A stretch of DNA of 64,000 nt from Candidatus Latescibacterota bacterium (lineage in GTDB: Bacteria; Latescibacterota; UBA2968): positions 1,696,001 through 1,760,000 of the forward strand of contig OZ242195.1 of assembly GCA_965205975.1 (NCBI GenBank). The letters are read 5' to 3'. This document shows, in pieces, positions 1 to 9,928 of this stretch. Numbering within the stretch: position 1 is the first letter of the stretch; each line of letters opens with the position of its first letter. The notes under the pieces were generated by a model that was not told the origin of the DNA, ran no database searches, and saw only the letters and a program-made list of their open reading frames with translations. The translations under genes and the position numbers were made by a program.

Positions 1-1251
1 ATCTCCCCCCTCCATAAGCTGCGTTTCTCCGCGCCAGGGTCTGTCTGCGCGATGGGCGGCAATATTGACCCACCGATTCCAAAAAGGATTAAATCGCTCC
101 TCCTGCACAACCCGATACCCCTGAGGATGAAGGCGATGCCAGTGCCAGGCGGATTCCAGCGTCTCGTGTAGCGTTTCCCTCGCAACCCATCCCATATCGC
201 GCTGAATGCGACTCGCATCGGCAATAAGCGTTGCGGGATCGCCACTTCGCGGCGGTCCAATCGTTTCGGGAATTGCCTGGCCAGTCACCTCGCGCGCGAC
301 TTCCAAAATCTCACGCACACTCACGCCCTGTCCCCTACCGAGATTGTACGTCGCAGACCGCCCCCCTGCCAACAATATATCCAGGCTCTTAATATGGGCA
401 TCGGCTAATTCCACTACAGAAATATAATCTCGTACAGCCGTGCCATCGGGGGTTGCATAATCATCGCCAAATACTGTCATCTGTTCGCGCTGCCCCAAAG
501 CCACTTGCAACACAATGGGAATCAAATGCGTCTCGGGATCGTGATCTTCACCAATCAACCGCGAAGGATCGGCACCTGCGGCATTAAAATAGCGGAGAAC
601 AACATATCTTCCACCAGCCTCTCGCTCGGCATGCAGCAGTATGCGTTCATCCATCATTTTCGTAATGCCATAAACATTCGTGGGAATTTTTAGTAGAGCA
701 ATATCTTCTTCGGAGAGTTTGAAAACGATGTGTTTTTTATACCACCCCAAAAGTGTCTCAAAATCTACTGCAGCGGGCATTAACTGGCTTTTCTCAAAGC
801 CGCCATCAGCGATCCATTTCCGCTGATAATTTTCCTTCAAGGGAATGTGTTCTGCGCGGGGTTCGCCATAAGTCGCCGCCGTAGATGATTTCACAATGGG
901 CAATCCTTTGCCCACATCCAACAAATTCTGAAAAGCAATCACATTATTCTCAAAATATTTGTACGGCATATCTTGAGATTCTCCTACCAGCGTCCGAGCG
1001 GCAAAATCGATAATGCCACAAAAATCGTGACTATCAAAAACAGAAACCAGAGCACTGCGATCGAGCAAATTGACATGCTCGAAACAAAATTGCTCTGGCC
1101 CATACACCCGATCAAACAGAGTAACAACTTCCCGGTGTCCCTTTGACAGGTCATCCAGCACCACAACCCGGCGGTGATCTTCCAACAAACGCCGCACCAC
1201 GTGACTGCCAACATAGCCTGCCCCACCTGTCACCAAAACAGCATCTACCAT
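1..1251 (-). CDS. galE: UDP-glucose 4-epimerase fused in frame to a GalT-like N-terminus (partial, runs off window)
   Basis: Hand translation (absent from the ORF track because there is no stop): MVDAVLVTGGAGYVGSH...SSTAATYG...YGITK...LRYFNAAGAD...ETHLIP...RDYI...GDPATL...AWHWHRLHPQGY, then EERFNPFWNRWVNIAAHRADRPWRG with no stop down to base 1; GGAG RBS at 1257-1260. Confidence 0.9.
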   Translation of the reverse strand, partial: MVDAVLVTGGAGYVGSHVVRRLLEDHRRVVVLDDLSKGHREVVTLFDRVYGPEQFCFEHVNLLDRSALVSVFDSHDFCGIIDFAARTLVGESQDMPYKYFENNVIAFQNLLDVGKGLPIVKSSTAATYGEPRAEHIPLKENYQRKWIADGGFEKSQLMPAAVDFETLLGWYKKHIVFKLSEEDIALLKIPTNVYGITKMMDERILLHAEREAGGRYVVLRYFNAAGADPSRLIGEDHDPETHLIPIVLQVALGQREQMTVFGDDYATPDGTAVRDYISVVELADAHIKSLDILLAGGRSATYNLGRGQGVSVREILEVAREVTGQAIPETIGPPRSGDPATLIADASRIQRDMGWVARETLHETLESAWHWHRLHPQGYRVVQEERFNPFWNRWVNIAAHRADRPWRGETQLMEGGD

Positions 1252-1378
1252 ATCTGCTCCTCTACAGAATGGTGTACAACGAAAAAAAATTATCACTTTG
1301 CACACAAATATACACATTGAACAAGAAGAGACTGAACTATTTTCACAACGCGATATATACCTCGCATTTGTTTTGAAC

Positions 1379-1407
1379 TTGACATCTTGTCATAAAGGCC
1401 TTATTTT
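1379..1407 (+). promoter_or_regulatory. Sigma70-type promoter of greA
   Basis: TTGACA(1379-1384)-17 bp-TATTTT(1402-1407). Confidence 0.6.
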
Positions 1408-1456
1408 CTACATATATAGACGACACATTGCCCTTTCCTATTATGCTGTGTGCAAA

Positions 1457-1510
1457 AAAAAGTCTATCTCGAAACCCAATATCGGCTTCCGAGATAGACT
1501 TTTCATTTCA
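1457..1510 (+). terminator. Leader hairpin/terminator upstream of greA
   Basis: aaaagtctatctcg...cgagatagactttt inverted repeat followed by a T-rich tract, about 20 nt before the greA ATG. Confidence 0.65.
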
Positions 1511-1522
1511 TGGGATATTATT

Positions 1523-1996
1523 ATGAACCGCGTTTACTTAACCAAAAACGGGTATGAGAAAATTCGAACTGAGTTGATCCGTCTGCAAACCAAAGAACGA
1601 CCAACTGTCATAGCGGCGATCAAAAAGGCACGCGAGTTTGGCGATCTGAGCGAAAATGCCGAATACCACGCAGCCAAAGAACGACAGGCATTCCTCGAAA
1701 AGAAAATTGTCGAATTGCAAGAAAAACTCACGAACTCGGAAATTATCGACGAAAGCCAAATCCCCAAAGACAAAGCCTATTTGGGTGCAACGGTTAAATT
1801 ACAGGATAAAAAAAATGGCAGAGAAATGCAGTACACGCTGGTCACTGTAGATGAAGCCGATTTTGATCAGAAAAAAATATCGACAGCATCGCCCATTGGC
1901 AAAGCTCTGTTGGGAAAACGCGTTGGCGAGGTCGTCGATGTACAGGTGCCCGTTGGCATACTCACTTATGAGATTCTCGATATATCAAGAGACTGA
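1523..1996 (+). CDS. greA: Transcription elongation factor GreA
   Basis: AREFGDLSENAEYHAAKE and ISTASPIGKALLGK motifs; start set at MNRVYLT. Confidence 0.97.
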   Translation: MNRVYLTKNGYEKIRTELIRLQTKERPTVIAAIKKAREFGDLSENAEYHAAKERQAFLEKKIVELQEKLTNSEIIDESQIPKDKAYLGATVKLQDKKNGREMQYTLVTVDEADFDQKKISTASPIGKALLGKRVGEVVDVQVPVGILTYEILDISRD

Positions 1997-2034
1997 GTTT
2001 TTTTACAAATTTTTTGTCTTTCAAATCACAAATA

Positions 2035-2070
2035 AAAAGGGCAAACCGACATCTGTCGGTTTGCCCTTTT
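2035..2070. terminator. Bidirectional intrinsic terminator between greA and rplQ
   Basis: Perfect stem aaaagggcaaaccgaca/tgtcggtttgccctttt between convergent genes. Confidence 0.9.
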
Positions 2071-2085
2071 AAAATACATAGAAGG

Positions 2086-2532
2086 TCAAGCTTCTTTTTT
2101 CTTTTCTTCTCCTGCTTCCTCTTCTTCAGCAGAAGTGTCAGACTCTGTTTCCACATCATCAGTTTCGGATATTGTGCCATCGACCACCAGCTCAATCAAA
2201 CACAATTCGCTGCTATCACCTCGTCTGGGACCGAGCTTGAGAATGCGCGTATATCCGCCACTTCGATCAGCAAATGAAGGGCCAATTTCTTCAAATAACT
2301 TTGTGAGCACCACCTTATTCTGAATGCGTCGTAAGACTTGACGCCGCGCATGCAAGTCGCCACGCTTGGCAAAAGAGATCAATCGTTCAGCGACACCGCG
2401 CAATTCTTTCGCCTTTGGCAGTGTAGTACGCACCTTGCCGTTGTCAAACAGAGATGTGGCCATATTGTTGAGCATGGCTTTTTTATGGCTCGCCGTGCGA
2501 CCCAGCTTTCTGCCCCTTTTCCCGTGCCTCAT
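2086..2532 (-). CDS. rplQ: 50S ribosomal protein L17
   Basis: MRHGKRGRKLGRTASH...GGYTRILKLGPRRGD; acidic tail. Confidence 0.98.
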   Translation of the reverse strand: MRHGKRGRKLGRTASHKKAMLNNMATSLFDNGKVRTTLPKAKELRGVAERLISFAKRGDLHARRQVLRRIQNKVVLTKLFEEIGPSFADRSGGYTRILKLGPRRGDSSELCLIELVVDGTISETDDVETESDTSAEEEEAGEEKKKEA

Positions 2533-2543
2533 TGGTTTCCTCG

Positions 2544-3560
2544 TTAAAAATCGTCGTCCAAAATCGAGATGTGATCAGATTCGGCAGCGACGTCTTGATA
2601 TTTGCTTACATCAATGCCAAATGCAATGCCTAAATCTTCGAGAATAGCTGTCAATTCATTGAGCGATTTACGGCCAAAATTGCGAAATTTGAGCATTTCG
2701 TTTTCCGTTTTTTGAACGAGATCTTCAAGTGTTATAATATTGGCAGCTTTTAAGCAATTGGCCGACCGCACAGACAATTCTAACTCATCTACAGGCCTCT
2801 TGAGCAGTGTTGCAATGCGGCGCGTTTCCTCATCGACAACTTCTTCCAATTCTTCTTCTGGCTCTTCTTCAAAGTTGATAAACAACTCGAGATGATTTTT
2901 CAATATTCTCGCGGCATGAGCTACTGCATCATCGGGGCGCACAACGCTGTTTGTCCAAACAGCCAATGAAAGTTTATCGTAGTCGGTCTGCTGTCCCACT
3001 CGCGCATTATCGACTTCATAATGCACTTTGCGGATTGGGGAAAAAGCAGCATCCAGCACAATGGTCCCCATGGGCTGCTCTATCTGCTTGTTCGCCTCTG
3101 CCAGCACATAGCCCCGACCTTTTCCAACGGTGATTTCCATGTCGAGCACACCGTCTTTGTCGAGTGTCGCAATATGTAAATCGGGATTCATCACTTCGAC
3201 ATCAGCATCGACTTGCAGATCGCCAGCCTTGAGTTCTCCCGGTCCTTCTTTTTTTACATATAGCAGTTTGTCTGCATCTGTATGCACGCGCAGACAAATT
3301 TCCTTGAGATTTAGAACGATTTCCGTCACATCTTCCACGATGCCTTCAACCACGGTAAACTCGTGCTGAATCCCTTCAATTTTCACGGCCTTAATCGCAG
3401 CCCCCTCAATAGAGGAGAGCAAAACGCGGCGCAAAGCATTCCCAATTGTAGCACCAAACCCGCGCTCAAGAGGTTGAACACTAAACAGACCGTAATTGTC
3501 ACTCAGGCTTTCTTCATCGATCTGTACAAATCGAGGCATTTGAAAATTTTTTGCGTCCAT
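2544..3560 (-). CDS. rpoA: RNA polymerase alpha subunit
   Basis: PLERGFGATIGNALRRVLLSS and ELSVRSANCLK; AGGAG RBS favours the ATG at 3560 (alternative 3587). Confidence 0.98.
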   Translation of the reverse strand: MDAKNFQMPRFVQIDEESLSDNYGLFSVQPLERGFGATIGNALRRVLLSSIEGAAIKAVKIEGIQHEFTVVEGIVEDVTEIVLNLKEICLRVHTDADKLLYVKKEGPGELKAGDLQVDADVEVMNPDLHIATLDKDGVLDMEITVGKGRGYVLAEANKQIEQPMGTIVLDAAFSPIRKVHYEVDNARVGQQTDYDKLSLAVWTNSVVRPDDAVAHAARILKNHLELFINFEEEPEEELEEVVDEETRRIATLLKRPVDELELSVRSANCLKAANIITLEDLVQKTENEMLKFRNFGRKSLNELTAILEDLGIAFGIDVSKYQDVAAESDHISILDDDF

Positions 3561-3586
3561 AAACAAAAGCTCCTGGTGCGCGTCCA

Positions 3587-4216
3587 TTACTTGGAATAAA
3601 GCTCAACAATGAGCTGCTCTTCAACAGGCGTCGGTATATCATCTCGCTTTGGATATTCTACAAGCGTACCACTCAAGTTCACTTTATCTACCGAAAGCCA
3701 GGACGATTGACCTGCATCACCAGTGCGCGTGAGTGCATCGTGAATGAGTTGCATCTGGCGACTTTTTTCTCGTACCTGCACAGTATCTCCCGGCGAAACC
3801 TGAAATGAGGGAATATCTACGGTTCGTCCATTGACAGCGATGTGGCGATGTCTCACGAGTTGTCGCGCTGATTTTCGAGATGGCGCAAAACCCAAACGAT
3901 ATATCATGTTATCCAGACGACATTCGAGCATCTGCAAAAGCAACTCACCCGTCACACCCTTTCTGCGAGCGGCTTTTGAATAATACGTGCGAAACTGTTT
4001 TTCCAGTACGCCATAGATACGCTTTGTTTTTTGTTTTTCTCGGAGTTGAAGCGCGTATTCCGATGGCTTTCGACGCATATTTTGTCCATGCATGCCGGGC
4101 GCATAACTTCGTCGGTCAAATGAACATTTGTCCATTTGACACCGCGCACCTTTGAGAAACAATTTCATACCTTCTCGGCGGCACAATTTACAACTTGAGC
4201 CAGTGTATCTCGCCAT
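3587..4216 (-). CDS. rpsD: 30S ribosomal protein S4 (Zn-binding form)
   Basis: MARYTGSSCKLCRREG...QLREKQK...LIVELYSK. Confidence 0.98.
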   Translation of the reverse strand: MARYTGSSCKLCRREGMKLFLKGARCQMDKCSFDRRSYAPGMHGQNMRRKPSEYALQLREKQKTKRIYGVLEKQFRTYYSKAARRKGVTGELLLQMLECRLDNMIYRLGFAPSRKSARQLVRHRHIAVNGRTVDIPSFQVSPGDTVQVREKSRQMQLIHDALTRTGDAGQSSWLSVDKVNLSGTLVEYPKRDDIPTPVEEQLIVELYSK

Positions 4217-4239
4217 TCAATATCTCCCTGTTTTCTGTG

Positions 4240-4623
4240 TTAAACGCGACGTCGCTTAGGAGGGCGGCACCCATTGTGTGGAATTGGCGTAACATCTTTG
4301 ATCGCTGAAATTTCCAATCCAGCTCCCTGCAGCGATCGCACGGCGGCTTCTCGTCCAACGCCAGGTCCTTTGACCCAGACTTCTACCCGACGCAAACCCA
4401 TTGCCATCGCCTCTCGCGCCGCATCCGTAGCAGCCAGCTGAGCAGCATAGGGTGTACTTTTTCTCGAGCCCTTAAACCCCACTTTTCCCGTTGATGACCA
4501 GGAAATAACTCTGCCTTCACGATCACTCAGGGTGACAATAGTATTGTTAAAACTGGCATTGACGTGTGCGACGCCATGAGCTTCAACGCGTCTATTCCGT
4601 CGTCTCCCTCTTCTGACTGCCAA
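4240..4623 (-). CDS. rpsK: 30S ribosomal protein S11
   Basis: [41 protein letters not shown] start after AGGAGG. Confidence 0.97.
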   Translation of the reverse strand: MAVRRGRRRNRRVEAHGVAHVNASFNNTIVTLSDREGRVISWSSTGKVGFKGSRKSTPYAAQLAATDAAREAMAMGLRRVEVWVKGPGVGREAAVRSLQGAGLEISAIKDVTPIPHNGCRPPKRRRV

Positions 4624-4654
4624 ACGACTCCTCCTTTGATTGTCCTGCGTTTTG

Positions 4655-5029
4655 TTATACAGTTCGCCTTCGACTGCCAATACCGGGTTTCTTTCCCTTG
4701 CGCGTCCTGGCATTGGTGCGCGTCCGCTGGCCTCTCACCGGCAATCCCCGACGCCACCGCAAACCGCGATAGCATCCAATATCCATCAATCGCTTGATGT
4801 TCATTGCAACTTCGCTTCGCAGGTTTCCTTCAACCTGGTATTCGCCTTCAACAACTGAGCGCAATTTAGCGACTTCCTCATCAGTCAAAGTATCTACGCG
4901 CGTATCAGGCGAAATCTGCGTCTGTGTCAAAATTTTTTGTGACGTACTCAAACCAATGCCCAAAATATATGTCAACGCAACTTCCACGCGCTTTTCTCTG
5001 GGAATATCTACACCTGCAATTCGAGCCAT
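4655..5029 (-). CDS. rpsM: 30S ribosomal protein S13
   Basis: [10 protein letters not shown]...[17 protein letters not shown]. Confidence 0.98.
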   Translation of the reverse strand: MARIAGVDIPREKRVEVALTYILGIGLSTSQKILTQTQISPDTRVDTLTDEEVAKLRSVVEGEYQVEGNLRSEVAMNIKRLMDIGCYRGLRWRRGLPVRGQRTRTNARTRKGKKPGIGSRRRTV

Positions 5030-5050
5030 GTTATTGCGTCTCCTATGAGG

Positions 5051-5167
5051 TTATCCCTGTCGCTGTTTATGTCGCGGATTGACTTTGCAAATCACGCGCA
5101 CAACACCGCGTCGGCGAATAATTTTGCAGTGATTGCAACGACGGCGAACGGATGATTGGACTTTCAT
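5051..5167 (-). CDS. rpmJ: 50S ribosomal protein L36 (Zn-ribbon form)
   Basis: Hand translation [38 protein letters not shown] (below the ORF-track cutoff). Confidence 0.97.
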   Translation of the reverse strand: MKVQSSVRRRCNHCKIIRRRGVVRVICKVNPRHKQRQG

Positions 5168-5194
5168 AAATAAATCTCCAGCATTTAAAATAAA

Positions 5195-6538
5195 TCAGGC
5201 TCGGCGCCCTCGAATACGGCCTTTTTTCATAAACCCATCGTAGTGGCGCATCAACAAATGCGATTCAACCTGCTGTAAAGTATCGAGCGCCACACCGACC
5301 ATAATCAACAAACCCGTGCCGCCAAACACTTGCTCGAGACCAGGATGAACCCCCATAGAATTAATGATAAAGTATGGGCCAACGGCTATTGCAGCTAAGA
5401 AAATCGCACCCGGCATGTTGATTCGCGTAAGCACCCGGTCAATAAAGTCTGAGGTGCGTTTGCCCGGTCTGACGCCGGGAATAAATCCGCCTTGCCGTTT
5501 CATATTATCAGCCAGATCAATCGGATTAAACACAATGGCAGTATAAAAGTAGGCAAAGAAAATGACCAACAATGAGTAAATCGACCAGTAGGGCAATGAC
5601 ACCCAGGACATACTCGGCGTAAAAGCGGCCGCGAGATTTTGCATAAATTCATTATTAGGGGCAAATCCGGCCATTGTCGCAGGTAAAAACATAATGGCCT
5701 GAGCAAAAATAATAGGCATCACGCCAGAAGTATTGACTTTAAGTGGTATATGTGTGCTTTGCCCACCATATACTCGCCGCCCAACGACGCGTTTGGCGTA
5801 TTGTACCGGAATTCTACGCGTACCCTGTGTGATGAGCACCACCAGGGCGGTCAATGCAACAACGATAACTAAAACAGCTATTTCGATCAAAATTGGTTTG
5901 TCATTGGTCACAAAATCCCGATATTCCTGCCGCACGACAAAGGGCAATGCCGCAATAATGCCAATAAAAATAAGTAGCGACATCCCGTTGCCGATGCCGT
6001 GTGCATCAATCTGTTCGCCCAACCACATAATAAACACGGTTCCGGCAGTAATTGTCAATACAGTCAACAGACGGAAGCCCCATCCGGGATAGAGTACGAC
6101 CGAAAGGCCAGTTTCTGGCGACTGAAGGCTTTCCAGAAAAAAACTCACTCCCAGAGACTGCGCTGCTGCCAGTGCAACTGTGCCATACCGCGTATATTGA
6201 ATGATCTTTTTGCGCCCTGCTTCACCTTCTTTTTGCAACTTTTGGAGAGATGGCACCACAGCACCCATCAATTGAAAAATAATGGACGCACTAATATAAG
6301 GCATAATACCCAGAGCAAATACCGTTGCACGGGTAAACGCACCACCTACAAACATGTCGTAGAGGCCAAAGATCGTCTGGCTGGTGCCTGCAAAAAATTC
6401 ACCCAGAGCAACCCGATCTATTCCGGGTATGGGAATCTGCCCACCCAGGCGATAAATCGCCAGAATACCCAGCGTAAATAATACCTTATTTCGCAGTTCC
6501 GGAATCTTAAAAACGCTCTTGACGCTCTCGAGCAACAC
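5195..6538 (-). CDS. secY: Preprotein translocase SecY
   Basis: FALGIMPYISASII, GIGNGMSLLIF, GGFIPGVRPGKRT. Confidence 0.98.
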   Translation of the reverse strand: MLLESVKSVFKIPELRNKVLFTLGILAIYRLGGQIPIPGIDRVALGEFFAGTSQTIFGLYDMFVGGAFTRATVFALGIMPYISASIIFQLMGAVVPSLQKLQKEGEAGRKKIIQYTRYGTVALAAAQSLGVSFFLESLQSPETGLSVVLYPGWGFRLLTVLTITAGTVFIMWLGEQIDAHGIGNGMSLLIFIGIIAALPFVVRQEYRDFVTNDKPILIEIAVLVIVVALTALVVLITQGTRRIPVQYAKRVVGRRVYGGQSTHIPLKVNTSGVMPIIFAQAIMFLPATMAGFAPNNEFMQNLAAAFTPSMSWVSLPYWSIYSLLVIFFAYFYTAIVFNPIDLADNMKRQGGFIPGVRPGKRTSDFIDRVLTRINMPGAIFLAAIAVGPYFIINSMGVHPGLEQVFGGTGLLIMVGVALDTLQQVESHLLMRHYDGFMKKGRIRGRRA

Positions 6539-6557
6539 CGCCTCCTCTCAGCCGTGC

Positions 6558-7022
6558 TCAGTCGGTTTTGGCCGCGCCACCGATGTTGGCCTCAACTTGT
6601 CCCCCAGCTGCAAGAACTTTTTTTGCTGCTGCAGCTGATATCGCCTGAACTCGAATCTGTAATGGTGCAGAAATTTCGCCTCGCCCCAAAATCTTCACAG
6701 GGCGTTTTGTAGAGGCAATCAAACCTGCGGTTTTGAGCACTTCAGGGGTAATCTCACCCGAAAGTTCTCTTTCCGCCAGGTCGTCGAGATTTACGACCTG
6801 ATAGGTCACCCGAAAAGGATTGTTAAACCCAACTTTCGGCAAGCGCTGCTGCAGGGGCATTTGTCCCCCTTCAAACCAAATTTTGCGCTTGGATCCCGAG
6901 CGCGCCCGCTGTCCTTTGTGCCCTTTGCCCGCAGTTTTACCTGTTCCGGAGCCAGGACCAATGCCCAAACGTTTCTTCTTAAAAGTTGCCCCTTTGGGCG
7001 GAGAGAGATTCCCAAGTTTCAT
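6558..7022 (-). CDS. rplO: 50S ribosomal protein L15
   Basis: GKTAGKGHKGQRARSG, FEGGQMPL; start MKLGNL. Confidence 0.97.
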   Translation of the reverse strand: MKLGNLSPPKGATFKKKRLGIGPGSGTGKTAGKGHKGQRARSGSKRKIWFEGGQMPLQQRLPKVGFNNPFRVTYQVVNLDDLAERELSGEITPEVLKTAGLIASTKRPVKILGRGEISAPLQIRVQAISAAAAKKVLAAGGQVEANIGGAAKTD

Positions 7023-7038
7023 TATCGCATCCCGTGTT

Positions 7039-7227
7039 TCAAGTTTCTTCAACTTTGACCAGATGTGCAACAGTCGCCAGCATGCCGCGCAATTGGGGAG
7101 AATCAGCGTGTTCCACAGTGTGCCGAATGCGGCGAATTCCCAACGCATCCAGCGTCTGTTGTTGTTTTTTTTGCCGCTTAATTGCACTGCGAATTTGTGT
7201 AACCCGCAGTGTTTTTTGATCGCCCAT
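7039..7227 (-). CDS. rpmD: 50S ribosomal protein L30
   Basis: LRVTQIRSAI...TLDALGIRRI...RGML; position in spc operon. Confidence 0.96.
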   Translation of the reverse strand: MGDQKTLRVTQIRSAIKRQKKQQQTLDALGIRRIRHTVEHADSPQLRGMLATVAHLVKVEET

Positions 7228-7229
7228 CA

Positions 7230-7745
7230 CTACCCCCGTACAGAAACCAATTCGGATTCTTCTACACCGCGCAATAGCGCAAACATTCTCGCATCTTTCA
7301 ACCGCGTTAATCCCTCCATCGCGGCTTTAACGGCATTCTGGGGGTTTTGCGAACCCAATGACTTTGTCAACACATTTTGAACGCCAGCCAGTTCCAAAAC
7401 CGCACGCACACCGCCTCCTGCAATAATACCCGTGCCGGGCGCGGCGGGTTTGAGCAAAACGCGAGAAGCACCAAACTTTCCAATAATCTCGTGCGGCAAT
7501 GTACCATCAACGACTGGCACGCGCACCAGATTCTTTTTTGCCTCATCAGCAGCTTTGCGAATGGCTTCAGAGACTTCGCCGGCTTTCCCCATCCCAATGC
7601 CAACAATACCTTTTTTATCACCAATTACACAAAGCGCGTTAAAAGCAAAACGCCGTCCACCTTTGCGAACGTGAGAGACCCGCTTAATACTGTTGTTGAT
7701 GACGATTTCCGTCAGATCTAGACCCGTGGCTTCAATTCTGCCCAA
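7230..7745 (-). CDS. rpsE: 30S ribosomal protein S5
   Basis: [28 protein letters not shown]. Confidence 0.97.
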   Translation of the reverse strand: MGRIEATGLDLTEIVINNSIKRVSHVRKGGRRFAFNALCVIGDKKGIVGIGMGKAGEVSEAIRKAADEAKKNLVRVPVVDGTLPHEIIGKFGASRVLLKPAAPGTGIIAGGGVRAVLELAGVQNVLTKSLGSQNPQNAVKAAMEGLTRLKDARMFALLRGVEESELVSVRG

Positions 7746-7761
7746 AATCGACTCCTTAACA

Positions 7762-8136
7762 TTAAAATTTCAATCCGCCTTCGCGTGCACCTTCTGCCAA
7801 TGCTTTGATACGGCCGTGATAGAGATAACCGGCACGGTCAAAAACAACCTGCGAAATTCCAGCTTCCTGCGCTTTTACAGCCAAAGCTTTGCCCACCTCG
7901 CGACTCCTATTGCATTTGCCTTCAACAGTTTTTAACTGATCTTGGAGTTGCGGAGTATTTGAGGATATCCCCATTAGAGAACATCCATTCACATCATCAA
8001 TCAATTGCGCCTGAATATGTTTTAGGCTCCTGAAAATCGTCAGACGCGGGCGATCAGCCGTTCCCAGAAGTCTCTTTCTTATACGCATTTGACGGCGTTT
8101 GTGCATCTTTGTCTTTTTAATTTGCTTGTCTGCCAT
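7762..8136 (-). CDS. rplR: 50S ribosomal protein L18
   Basis: [31 protein letters not shown]. Confidence 0.98.
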   Translation of the reverse strand: MADKQIKKTKMHKRRQMRIRKRLLGTADRPRLTIFRSLKHIQAQLIDDVNGCSLMGISSNTPQLQDQLKTVEGKCNRSREVGKALAVKAQEAGISQVVFDRAGYLYHGRIKALAEGAREGGLKF

Positions 8137-8152
8137 TAAACAACCTCAAAGT

Positions 8153-8719
8153 TTAAGCTACTGCGGCCTTGCCAGCCTTGCGCCTCACATATTCGCCGCT
8201 ATAGCGGATACCTTTCCCCTTATAGGGTTCGGGAGGCCGAATACTTCGGATGTTCGCCGCTGTGCGTCCCACGAGTTCTTTGTCGGCCCCACTGATCTTG
8301 ACCAGCGCTTGAGAGTTTTCTATCTCAGTGGGAGGGGCATCGATACTAAATTCAATTCCCTGAGGCGCTTCAACCGTCACTGTATGGCTGAACCCCACGT
8401 TGATGTCCAAATTCTTCCCTTTCATATCTGCGCGATATCCCACCCCAACAACTACCAGTTGCTTCTCAAAACCAGCCGAAACACCCTGAACAGCATTTGC
8501 CAATAAGGCACGCGTGAGACCCCAAATAGATTTGTGATGTCGGTCTTCGGGATCTTGTACCGTAACGGAAAGGGATTCGCCCTCTTGCACGACCTGAGTG
8601 AGCGGATGTAAAGGTACCTGTAAAGTCCCTTTAGGCCCTTTTATTTCTGCCTGTGTGTCCCCTAATTGCACATTGACGCTACCTGGAACGTCAATCGGCT
8701 GTTGACCTATTCTCGACAC
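8153..8719 (-). CDS. rplF: 50S ribosomal protein L6
   Basis: SRIGQQP...RPPEPYKGKGIRY; GTG start. Confidence 0.97.
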   Translation of the reverse strand: MSRIGQQPIDVPGSVNVQLGDTQAEIKGPKGTLQVPLHPLTQVVQEGESLSVTVQDPEDRHHKSIWGLTRALLANAVQGVSAGFEKQLVVVGVGYRADMKGKNLDINVGFSHTVTVEAPQGIEFSIDAPPTEIENSQALVKISGADKELVGRTAANIRSIRPPEPYKGKGIRYSGEYVRRKAGKAAVA

Positions 8720-8739
8720 GATGCACTCCTTCCAGACCT

Positions 8740-9135
8740 CTACCAAACACTGCAAATAACTTCACCACCAACACCTTCTCGACGCGCAGTACGATCAGTC
8801 AAAACACCTCTTGATGTCGATAAAATAGCGACACCTAATCCATTGAGTATTCGAGGAATTTCGTCTTTGCCCACATATTTCCGCAAACCGGGGCGACTTT
8901 CGCGCTTCACTCCTTGAATCGCGCTTTCCTCGTCGTGACTGTATTTGAGATAAAGGCGTAAATAACCCTGTCGGTTGTCATCAATATACGCATAATTGTG
9001 AACAAAACCGCTTTCTTTTAAAATACGGGCAATTTCGCGCTTCATCCTGGAACTCGGAATATCCACCTTGCGATGTCCAGCGCGACATGCATTTCGCACA
9101 CGCGTCAACATATCGGCTATCGGATCCGTCATCAT
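8740..9135 (-). CDS. rpsH: 30S ribosomal protein S8
   Basis: MTDPIADMLTRVRNA...GGEVICSVW. Confidence 0.98.
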   Translation of the reverse strand: MMTDPIADMLTRVRNACRAGHRKVDIPSSRMKREIARILKESGFVHNYAYIDDNRQGYLRLYLKYSHDEESAIQGVKRESRPGLRKYVGKDEIPRILNGLGVAILSTSRGVLTDRTARREGVGGEVICSVW

Positions 9136-9152
9136 GTGTGCTTCCCCCTCAA

Positions 9153-9338
9153 TTACCAACTTGCTTTTGTCACGCCGGGAATCTCACCAGCGAGGGCCAA
9201 CTCGCGAAAACATATACGGCAAATCCCAAATTTGCGCAAATAACCACGTGGCCTGCCGCACCTGTGACATCGGTTATAGCGTCGGACCGCAAATTTCTGC
9301 TTGCGCTTTGCTTTGGCAATCATAGACTTTTTAGCCAT
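9153..9338 (-). CDS. rpsN: 30S ribosomal protein S14, Zn-binding type
   Basis: 61 aa; RCHRCGRPR...ICRICFRE. Confidence 0.98.
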   Translation of the reverse strand: MAKKSMIAKAKRKQKFAVRRYNRCHRCGRPRGYLRKFGICRICFRELALAGEIPGVTKASW

Positions 9339-9369
9339 ATTGGATCTGACCTCGTGTTAATTTTTTTAT

Positions 9370-9918
9370 TTAATCTTGATTTTGAAACGGCATGCCCATT
9401 TCGTTAAGCAGTTCAAAAGCCTCTTCATCGGTAGAGGCCGTGGTGACCAGAGTCACATCAAGGCCCCGAATTTTATCGATCTGATCGTAGTCAATTTCGG
9501 GAAAAATAATCTGTTCTTGAATACCGATCGTATAGTTGCCTCGCCCATCAAATGAGCGCATTGAAAGGCCGCGAAAGTCGCGAATACGCGGCACAGAAAA
9601 ATTAAAAAACCGGTCGAGAAATTCGTACATACGAGATCTGCGAAGGGTGACAGCACAGCCAATGGGTACACCCTGTCGCAACTTAAAATTTGAAACGGCT
9701 TTTCTCGCCCTGCGAATGGAGGGGCGCTGTCCTGCAATGCGGGTCAAATCCTCAACAGCATTTTCGATGACCCTGGCATTGAGGACGGCTTCACCAACGC
9801 CCATATTTAAAACAACCTTTTCTAATTTGGGCACCTGCATGCGATTTTTATACCCAAACCGCTGGATGAGCTCAGGTACAACTTCATTTTCGTAGTATTC
9901 TTGTAATCGGGTTGCCAT
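9370..9918 (-). CDS. rplE: 50S ribosomal protein L5
   Basis: [31 protein letters not shown]. Confidence 0.98.
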   Translation of the reverse strand: MATRLQEYYENEVVPELIQRFGYKNRMQVPKLEKVVLNMGVGEAVLNARVIENAVEDLTRIAGQRPSIRRARKAVSNFKLRQGVPIGCAVTLRRSRMYEFLDRFFNFSVPRIRDFRGLSMRSFDGRGNYTIGIQEQIIFPEIDYDQIDKIRGLDVTLVTTASTDEEAFELLNEMGMPFQNQD

Positions 9919-9928
9919 GTCGTCCTCG

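Noticed and set aside
1298..1522. 75-aa N-terminal extension of GreA in the ORF track
   Set aside because: It spans the promoter and leader hairpin; GreA similarity starts at 1523.
3558..3587. Duplicated ATGGACGC giving two rpoA starts
   Set aside because: Only an 8-bp repeat; the RBS supports 3560 and there is no evidence for two isoforms.
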